This document shows, one piece after another, positions 48,012 to 54,825 of a stretch of 54,825 bases of DNA. Position numbers and translations under genes: made by a program. Numbering within the stretch: position 1 is the stretch's first letter; each line of letters opens with the position of its first letter. A model generated the notes under the pieces. That model searched no databases. It saw nothing but the letters and a program-made list of their open reading frames with translations, and was not told the origin of the DNA. The DNA is taken from the sequence record DRR723986_8527. One strand, written 5' to 3'.

Positions 48012-49910
48012 TTAGTAGGCGCGCTCTTTATTGCCTTCAAAGAAATTAATAAAGGCTCTATTAACCACTCTATTACCACCATCTGTTGGGTAATTACCTG
48101 TAAAATACCAATCTCCTAAATTTTTGGGACATGCTTTATGAAGATTAGAAACTGGTTGAAAGATTATTTTTACTTCAGCATTAACATCTTCATCACTAAG
48201 TAATTCAGAAATCTTATCAGAGATTTGTTCATCAGTAAAATTATTGTAAATGTCCTTTACATAGTTTACAACATTTTTATCTTTAAGATTGACTTGTTTT
48301 AAGCATTTATTATAAACTTCCTCAACAATGTGATATTGATTATTATCTTTTAATAATGCCAAGGCTGCTCTAAATGCAATTAAACTCTCAAGATTTGCCA
48401 TGTCAATTCCATAACAGTCTGGATATCTAATTTGAGGAGCAGAAGATACAACGATGATTTTTTTCGGATTTAGTCGATCCATCATTTTAATGATACTCTT
48501 TTTCAATGTAGTTCCTCTTACAATACTATCATCTATAATCACCAAATTGTCCGTTGGCTTTATAACACCATAAGTAACGTCATAAACGTGAGCCACTAAA
48601 TCATCTCTACTGCTATCTTCGGTAATAAAGGTTCTTAACTTTACATCCTTAATGGCGATTTTTTCTATTCGTGGTCGCTCAGCTAATATTTCTTCTACTT
48701 TTTCAGCAGATAGACTTCTTTGTCCTTTTAAAATAGTTTGTGTTTTTTTATGATTGAGGTGTTCTTCTACGGTATCAATCATTCCAAAAAATGAAGTTTC
48801 AGCTGTATTTGGGATATATGAAAAAACGGTATTTTGGGTATCCTCTTCTATTGCTTCTAAAACTTTGGGCATTAATAATCGCCCCAATTCTTTTCGTTCT
48901 TCATAAATTTCTGCATCACTACCTCGAGAAAAATAAATGCGCTCAAAAGAACATGCCTTGCGCTCTAGTGGCTCTAATATTTTTTTAATCTCAGTTACTC
49001 CAGATTTTTTTGTGATAATAGCATGACCTGGATCTAACTCAATAACATCTTCAAAAGCTACATTAAATACAGTTTGAATCACTGGTCTTTCAGATGCTAC
49101 AACAACAACTTCATCATCCTTATAATAATAGGTTGGTCTTATTCCGGCAGGATCCCTTAATACAAATGAGTCGCCATGGCCTAATAAACCTGCCATAGCG
49201 TAGCCACCATCCCAATTTTTTGCAGCACGCTTTAAAATTTTGTGAACTTTTAAGCGCTCAGCAATTAATGGTGAGCACTCAATTTTAGTATAGCCTTCCT
49301 TTTTAAGATCTTTATAAATTTTTGAAACGGCATCATCTAAAAAGTGACCTATCTTTTCCATCACCGTAATAGTATCTGCTTTCTCTTTAGGATGCTGACC
49401 TATTTCAACAAGATTGCTAAAAAGCTCATTAACATTGGTCATATTAAAATTACCTGCAACGATGAGGTTTCTATGCATCCAATTATTTTGTCTTAAAAAT
49501 GGATGAACACTTTCTACACTATTCTTACCAAATGTGCCATAGCGCACATGACCTAATAACAATTCACCAATGTAAGGGATATGTTTTTTTTGTAGCTCTA
49601 CATTATTTTGATATTGAGGGTTGTTGGTAATTTCTAAATTAATGCGCTCATTAATCTGAGAAAAAATATCTTGAATAGGTTGTTGAGCTATAGATCTTAC
49701 TCGACTAATATATCTTTCACCAGGATGAGTATCTAATTTAATGCTTGCAAAACCAGCGCCATCTTGTCCACGGTTGTGCTGTTTTTCCATCATTAAATAC
49801 ATTTTATTTACGCCATAAAAAGCACTACCATATTTTTCTTTATAGTATTTTAATGGTTTTAAAAGTCTTAAGAGTGCTATACCGCACTCATGTTTTAAAG
49901 CATCACTCAT
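48012..49910 (-). CDS. purF: Amidophosphoribosyltransferase
   Basis: HE-CG N-terminal nucleophile, RGQDGAG, GHVRY, DDSIVRGTT, CYGID. Confidence 0.92.
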   Translation of the reverse strand: MSDALKHECGIALLRLLKPLKYYKEKYGSAFYGVNKMYLMMEKQHNRGQDGAGFASIKLDTHPGERYISRVRSIAQQPIQDIFSQINERINLEITNNPQYQNNVELQKKHIPYIGELLLGHVRYGTFGKNSVESVHPFLRQNNWMHRNLIVAGNFNMTNVNELFSNLVEIGQHPKEKADTITVMEKIGHFLDDAVSKIYKDLKKEGYTKIECSPLIAERLKVHKILKRAAKNWDGGYAMAGLLGHGDSFVLRDPAGIRPTYYYKDDEVVVVASERPVIQTVFNVAFEDVIELDPGHAIITKKSGVTEIKKILEPLERKACSFERIYFSRGSDAEIYEERKELGRLLMPKVLEAIEEDTQNTVFSYIPNTAETSFFGMIDTVEEHLNHKKTQTILKGQRSLSAEKVEEILAERPRIEKIAIKDVKLRTFITEDSSRDDLVAHVYDVTYGVIKPTDNLVIIDDSIVRGTTLKKSIIKMMDRLNPKKIIVVSSAPQIRYPDCYGIDMANLESLIAFRAALALLKDNNQYHIVEEVYNKCLKQVNLKDKNVVNYVKDIYNNFTDEQISDKISELLSDEDVNAEVKIIFQPVSNLHKACPKNLGDWYFTGNYPTDGGNRVVNRAFINFFEGNKERAY

Positions 49911-49933
49911 TTTATATTACTACTGGTGTTATC

Positions 49934-49962
49934 AAAAAACGCGCTCAATTATGAGCGCGCTT
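49934..49962 (-). terminator. Intrinsic terminator between the PfkB gene and purF
   Basis: GCGCGCTCA-TAAT-TGAGCGCGTTTTTT on the minus strand. Confidence 0.75.
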
Positions 49963-49964
49963 GT

Positions 49965-50891
49965 TTATGCTAATTCTATATCAAATTGTGTTAGACTTTT
50001 AAATTGGTCTAATCGTTTATAAATCTCACTGTCTGTTAAATTCTGCATGCGCTCTGTTCCAAATTTCTCAACGCAAAAAGAAGCTAAAGTAGAACCGTAT
50101 ATAACAGCATTTTTCATATTCTCAAAAGAGAAATCACCTGTTTTGGCTAAATATCCTGTAAATCCTCCTGCGAACGTGTCACCTGCTCCAGTTGGGTCAA
50201 ACACTTCTTCTAATGGTAGTGCTGGCGCATAGAAAACATTATCATTATGAAATAATAATGCTCCATGTTCTCCTTTTTTAATCACAACATATTTAGGACC
50301 CATTTGGTGAATCTTTCTAGCTGCCACTACCAGTGAATATTCATTAGTCAACTGTCTGGCTTCTTCATCATTAATTGTTATAACGTCTATATGTTTAATA
50401 GTGTTATGTAAATCCTCTAATGCACAATCCATCCAGAAATTCATAGTATCTAAAACTACTAATTTAGGTTTATTCGCCATTTGATTTAAAACACTCATCT
50501 GAGTTAAAGGATGTAAATTACCCAACATTACTACTTCAGCGTCTTTGTAATTTTCTGGCACTTTAGGTTCAAAATCTGCAAGAACATTCAATTCTGTTAC
50601 CAAAGTATCTCTAGAGTTCATGTCGTTATGATACTTGCCACTCCAAAAGAAAGTTTTACCATCTTTTACAATCTCAATTCCAGATACGTCAATATTTTCA
50701 TTAGACATTAAGTCTAAGTATTTTTGCGGAAAGTCACCACCAACTACTGAAACAACAGCAGAGTTAACATTAAATTTTGAGGCAGCAAGCCCAATAAAAG
50801 TTCCGGCTCCACCAAGGATTTTGTCAGTCTTACCAAAAGGTGTTTCAATAGCATCAAAAGCTACTGTACCAACAATCACTAATTTACTCAT
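49965..50891 (-). CDS. PfkB-family carbohydrate/nucleoside kinase
   Basis: GGAG, NDEEA, KKGEHG, DPTGAGDTF. Confidence 0.9.
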   Translation of the reverse strand: MSKLVIVGTVAFDAIETPFGKTDKILGGAGTFIGLAASKFNVNSAVVSVVGGDFPQKYLDLMSNENIDVSGIEIVKDGKTFFWSGKYHNDMNSRDTLVTELNVLADFEPKVPENYKDAEVVMLGNLHPLTQMSVLNQMANKPKLVVLDTMNFWMDCALEDLHNTIKHIDVITINDEEARQLTNEYSLVVAARKIHQMGPKYVVIKKGEHGALLFHNDNVFYAPALPLEEVFDPTGAGDTFAGGFTGYLAKTGDFSFENMKNAVIYGSTLASFCVEKFGTERMQNLTDSEIYKRLDQFKSLTQFDIELA

Positions 50892-50960
50892 TAAAGTAAG
50901 TTTGAATTAAGGTGCAAATTTAAGTAAAATATATTCCTTTGAAAATTATTACTTGCTTCA

Positions 50961-52409
50961 TTAATTGAATGTTGCAAATGAGTCATTTATTCTGTCAATT
51001 CTTAACATTTTGTAATCAAGTAAATAATTTTGATAAACTCTCCATGGGGCTTTATCTCCTTGATTTGGTAGAATATCTTTTGCCCTATAAATATAACTTG
51101 AATTTAAATTAAGTAATGGTGTTGATATTAAGTTGATATTTTTTGTTTTCGGACAAATAGATTGAAAATTATTTTTGTCGAGATATTTCAATACACGAGA
51201 AATGTATTCACTAGTTAAATCACTTTTTAAAGTCCATGATGCGTTTGTGTAACCCACAAAAAGGAATAAATTAGGAATATTACTCAGCATACAGCCCTTG
51301 TAGACAAATAGTTTTGAAATATCAACGGGTTGATCATCAATAGAAATAGATACTCCACCCAATGGCAGTATTCTTAAACCTGTTGCACTAACAATAATAT
51401 CTGCTTTGAGTTCTTTACCAGATTCTAAAATAATACCATCTTGGTTAAAGTGATCTATTTTTGCTGTTTCTACAGAGGCTTTACCTTCTCTAATAGATTT
51501 GAATAAATCACCATCTGGTGCTAGACAAAATCGTTGTTCCCAAGGATTATAATTTGGTGTAAAATTTGGATAAACAGGTATTTCACCTAATTCTTTTTGT
51601 GCCTTTTTAATGATGTACTTTTTCATGGTATTTGGCCATTTTCTACAAGCATTAAAAAAAGCCATATCTAGTAGAACATTCTTAGTTCTAATGGCCTTGT
51701 GAGCAAATCTCCTAGGTAAAATAAATTTTAAGAATTTAGCTATACTGTCTTTATTTGGTAAGGCACCCACATAAGTTGGTGACCTTTGAAGCAAAGTAAC
51801 ATGGCTGACAGTATCTGCAATTTTTGGCACTATAGTTACTGCAGTTGCACCACTACCTATAACAATTACCTTTTTATTTTTTAACTCTAGGTGTTTTGGC
51901 CAATTTTGTGGATGAACAAAATCTCCGTTAAAATCTTCTAACCCTTTATATTTTGGCGTGTAACCTTTGTCATATTTATAGTAACCGCTACAATTAAAAA
52001 TAAAATTTGAGGTATATTTTGTTTCATTATTAGACTTGGTATCTAACGAGGTAATATGCCATAGATTCTCTTTAGAATCAAAGTTGTAAGAGATTGCACG
52101 TTGATTATAAAGGATGTTATCATTAACATTGTATTCTGTTGTTGCTTCATTCAGATATTTTAGTATTGAGGGTGCATCTGCAAAGGACTTAGCATCATCC
52201 CAAGTTTTAAAAGAATATCCAAAAGTGTACATATCAGAATCAGATCTAACACCAGGATATTTAAATAAGTCCCAAGTCCCGCCGAGGGATTCTCGTGATT
52301 CTAATATTAAATATGATTTTTCCGGATTTTTTCTGGTTAAGTGACAGGCAGCACCAATACCAGAAAGCCCAGCACCAATTATTATGATATCGAAATGATT
52401 AGAATCCAT
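50961..52409 (-). CDS. Baeyer-Villiger/flavin monooxygenase (EthA-like)
   Basis: GAGLSG, GGTWDLFKYPGVRSDSD, FNGDFVHPQNWP fingerprint, GSGATA; start at MDSNHF. Confidence 0.88.
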   Translation of the reverse strand: MDSNHFDIIIIGAGLSGIGAACHLTRKNPEKSYLILESRESLGGTWDLFKYPGVRSDSDMYTFGYSFKTWDDAKSFADAPSILKYLNEATTEYNVNDNILYNQRAISYNFDSKENLWHITSLDTKSNNETKYTSNFIFNCSGYYKYDKGYTPKYKGLEDFNGDFVHPQNWPKHLELKNKKVIVIGSGATAVTIVPKIADTVSHVTLLQRSPTYVGALPNKDSIAKFLKFILPRRFAHKAIRTKNVLLDMAFFNACRKWPNTMKKYIIKKAQKELGEIPVYPNFTPNYNPWEQRFCLAPDGDLFKSIREGKASVETAKIDHFNQDGIILESGKELKADIIVSATGLRILPLGGVSISIDDQPVDISKLFVYKGCMLSNIPNLFLFVGYTNASWTLKSDLTSEYISRVLKYLDKNNFQSICPKTKNINLISTPLLNLNSSYIYRAKDILPNQGDKAPWRVYQNYLLDYKMLRIDRINDSFATFN

Positions 52410-52413
52410 TATT

Positions 52414-53055
52414 TTATTTTCTACCAAAATCAGCAGGGATTTCTCCCCAGGCTTTTGTCTCCCATTTAACAATAGTGGTAGTGTAGGAGTTGTTATTAAG
52501 CCAATTTACAGCTCTGTCTACAAGTTTAAATAGCTCTTCGTTTTTTTTATTTCGCTTAAGTTTAGAGTTACAAATTTTTTTGCACACCCAACTCATTGCT
52601 GTCTTAGAGTCCGTATAAATAATTCGATTGCTATTATGTTGTTTTAGAAAAGCGAGACCATGAACTATAGCAAGAAATTCACCTATATTATTGGTGCCTT
52701 CTTCAAAAGGTCCTTGTAAAAAAAGTTGCTTTTTAGTTTTTGTGTCAACTCCTCTGTATTCCATTTTACCAGGATTACCGCTCGATGCTGCATCTACAGC
52801 TATAGAGTTGTAATTAGGCTGACCAATTTTTTTTAATTGTGCCTCAGTAAGTTCGCTTTTAAATGTTTTAGATTTTCCTATGTAGTCTTTAGGGCTATCT
52901 TTATAGGCTTTTTTAGCAGCATCAAAAGTCGAAAATGATTTATACTGAGCTCCTTTAAAATCTTTTATTTGAGCTTTACAGTCATCCCAAGATTCAAACA
53001 CTCCGGTGTTATGACCTTTCCAAACGGTGTAATATTTTTTTTTCTTTTTACTCAC
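52414..53055 (-). CDS. rnhA: Ribonuclease HI with an N-terminal hybrid-binding domain
   Basis: YYTVWKG..GVF.SW; VDAASSGNPG, TNNIGEF, YTDS, IPADFG. Confidence 0.9.
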   Translation of the reverse strand: MSKKKKKYYTVWKGHNTGVFESWDDCKAQIKDFKGAQYKSFSTFDAAKKAYKDSPKDYIGKSKTFKSELTEAQLKKIGQPNYNSIAVDAASSGNPGKMEYRGVDTKTKKQLFLQGPFEEGTNNIGEFLAIVHGLAFLKQHNSNRIIYTDSKTAMSWVCKKICNSKLKRNKKNEELFKLVDRAVNWLNNNSYTTTIVKWETKAWGEIPADFGRK

Positions 53056-53614
53056 CTAATAATTTATCTACCACCTTCGGAAAATGTTCCATTTCTAATT
53101 CATGGATTTTAGAGGCAACATCTTCTGCAGAATCTAAAGGTGAAACTTCGCATTTAGTTTGAAAAATGATGGCTCCTTCGTCATAATTCTCGTTAACATA
53201 GTGAATTGTAATACCAGTTTTAGTTTCTTTATTGGTAACAACGGCTTCATGCACATGCATACCATACATACCTTTACCACCATATTTTGGCAATAGGGCA
53301 GGATGAATATTAATTACTTTATTTTTAAATTCATTTAGGATATTCTCTGGGAATTTCCAGAGGAAACCAGCCAAAACAATTAAATCAGGTTGTGAAGCCT
53401 TTAAGATGTTAAGGACATCATTAGTTTTTGTAAAGGCTATTCTATTAAAAGACAAAGCGCTAACTTTCAGTTTTTTACACCTTTCCAAAACTTTGGCATG
53501 AGGATTGTTAGTCAATACCTGAATAACAGACGCATTATCGCTGTTGTGAAAAAACTTAATTAAATTTTCAGCATTACTTCCGCTTCCGGACGCAAAAATT
53601 ACAATACGTTTCAT
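53048..53614 (-). CDS. purN: Phosphoribosylglycinamide formyltransferase
   Basis: ASGSGSN, LAGF, NIHPALLP, YDEGAII. Confidence 0.95.
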   Translation of the reverse strand: MKRIVIFASGSGSNAENLIKFFHNSDNASVIQVLTNNPHAKVLERCKKLKVSALSFNRIAFTKTNDVLNILKASQPDLIVLAGFLWKFPENILNEFKNKVINIHPALLPKYGGKGMYGMHVHEAVVTNKETKTGITIHYVNENYDEGAIIFQTKCEVSPLDSAEDVASKIHELEMEHFPKVVDKLLGE

Positions 53615-53756
53615 TTACAGGTATATTGGTTTATTATTCAAAACAAAAAAAAGAATAATAATTAACAATTAGACGCAAAATAAAATTACTTCTACCATTT
53701 TTTTGCATTAAACCGCACATTTTATCGGTAAAGGTGATTTTTAAAATAAAGTTTTT

Positions 53757-53764
53757 TATTTTTG
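53757..53764 (+). promoter_or_regulatory. -7 promoter element of acpP-fabF
   Basis: TATTTTTG. Confidence 0.55.
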
Positions 53765-53795
53765 CGGTCTAATTAAAACTTAAAATTAAAAGATT

Positions 53796-54029
53796 ATGTC
53801 AGACATTGCATCAAGAGTAAAAGCGATTATCGTAGATAAATTAGGTGTTGATGAAAACGAAGTTGTAACTGAAGCTAGCTTCACTAACGACTTAGGTGCA
53901 GATTCATTAGATACTGTAGAATTAATAATGGAATTTGAAAAAGAATTTGATATTCAAATCCCAGACGATCAAGCTGAAAACATTGCAACAGTTGGTCAAG
54001 CTATTTCTTACATAGAAGAAGCAAAATAA
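53796..54029 (+). CDS. acpP: Acyl carrier protein
   Basis: [17 protein letters not shown]. Confidence 0.97.
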   Translation: MSDIASRVKAIIVDKLGVDENEVVTEASFTNDLGADSLDTVELIMEFEKEFDIQIPDDQAENIATVGQAISYIEEAK

Positions 54030-54042
54030 GAACTTTATTTTT

Positions 54043-54825
54043 ATGGAATTAAAGCGAGTCGTAGTTACTGGTTTAGGTGCACTAACGCCAATTGGCAATA
54101 CCAAAGATGAATATTGGAATGGTCTTGTTAATGGTAAAAGTGGTGCTGCCCCAATCACATATTTTGATGCTGAAAAGTTCAAAACACAGTTCGCTTGTGA
54201 AGTAAAAAACTTTGAAGTTACTGACTTTATTGATAGAAAGTTGGCGCGTCAAATGGATAAGTTTTCGCAGTATGCAATGGTAGCTTCTGATGAAGCAATT
54301 GTAGACTCAAAACTAGATCTAGATGCCATAAACAAGTTAAGAGTCGGTGTAATATGGGGAGCTGGTATTGGTGGTTTAGAAACATTTCAGGAAGAGGTGC
54401 TAAATTTTGCCAAAGGTGACGGAACTCCAAGATTTAATCCACGTTTCATTCCAAAAATGATAGCAGACATAGCTCCTGGTAACATTTCCATCAAATATGG
54501 ATTTATGGGACCAAACTATACCACGGTTTCTGCGTGTGCGTCTTCTGCTAATTCAATGATCGATGCTTTAAACACTATACGTTTAGGACATTGTGATGTT
54601 GTAATTACTGGTGGAAGTGAAGCTGCAGTAACTATTGCAGGTATGGGAGGGTTTAATGCTATGCATGCTATGAGTACTAGAAATGATAGTCCACAGACAG
54701 CGTCCAGACCATTTGATGCTAACCGAGATGGTTTTGTGTTAGGTGAAGGAGCAGGTGCTATTGTTTTAGAAGAGTACGAGCACGCTAAGGCAAGAGGAGC
54801 CAAAATCTATGCAGAACTTGTAGGT
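54043..54825 (+). CDS. fabF: Beta-ketoacyl-ACP synthase II, truncated by the window end (not in ORF track)
   Basis: MELKRVVVTGLG..., VSACASS, SRPFDANRDGFVLGEGAG; follows acpP. Confidence 0.95.
   Translation, partial: MELKRVVVTGLGALTPIGNTKDEYWNGLVNGKSGAAPITYFDAEKFKTQFACEVKNFEVTDFIDRKLARQMDKFSQYAMVASDEAIVDSKLDLDAINKLRVGVIWGAGIGGLETFQEEVLNFAKGDGTPRFNPRFIPKMIADIAPGNISIKYGFMGPNYTTVSACASSANSMIDALNTIRLGHCDVVITGGSEAAVTIAGMGGFNAMHAMSTRNDSPQTASRPFDANRDGFVLGEGAGAIVLEEYEHAKARGAKIYAELVG

Noticed and set aside
10702-52472. Long N-terminal extensions in the ORF track (ABC ATPase, asd, alr, AhpD-like, lpxH, USP, BVMO)
   Set aside because: The extensions run into neighbouring genes, terminators or promoters; downstream ATGs match family N-termini
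149-54803. Many 60-115 aa ORFs nested in or antisense to larger genes (e.g. 24013-24351, 27778-28166, 50635-50910, 53922-54803)
   Set aside because: They overlap well-supported genes and show no motifs; those at the right end are shadows of fabF

Overview
AT-rich bacterial chromosome segment from a Flavobacteriaceae (Bacteroidota) member, inferred from T9SS C-terminal domains, TAnnTTTG promoters and gene content. No mobile element or CRISPR array was seen. Bases 36-10700 carry a co-oriented cluster with a type III PKS plus its own FAS-II-like set (FabL-like reductase, FabZ, FabF, ACP, PPTase), a methyltransferase, a flavoprotein, YceI and an MMPL exporter. Bases 11682-23178 carry two paralogous two-gene modules, each a diheme cytochrome c lipoprotein followed by a T9SS-secreted FG-GAP/ASPIC-UnbV protein; a HAD protein and a prolyl oligopeptidase lie between them. 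The rest is mostly housekeeping (asd, mscL, alr, tdk, rsmI, recJ, lpxH, queD, tRNA-Ala, addAB-like, ompA, kbl, sodA, purF, rnhA, purN, acpP, fabF). The most notable unannotated signal is a tandem pair of ~70-nt candidate sRNA genes between sodA and purF. Each has a promoter element, conserved upstream direct repeats and a terminator whose pairing is kept in both copies. Their G-rich core is complementary to the 5' leaders of both cytochrome/FG-GAP operons. Two small coupled membrane-protein ORFs upstream of queD are missing from the ORF track. All family calls come from motif recognition by eye; no database searches were run.
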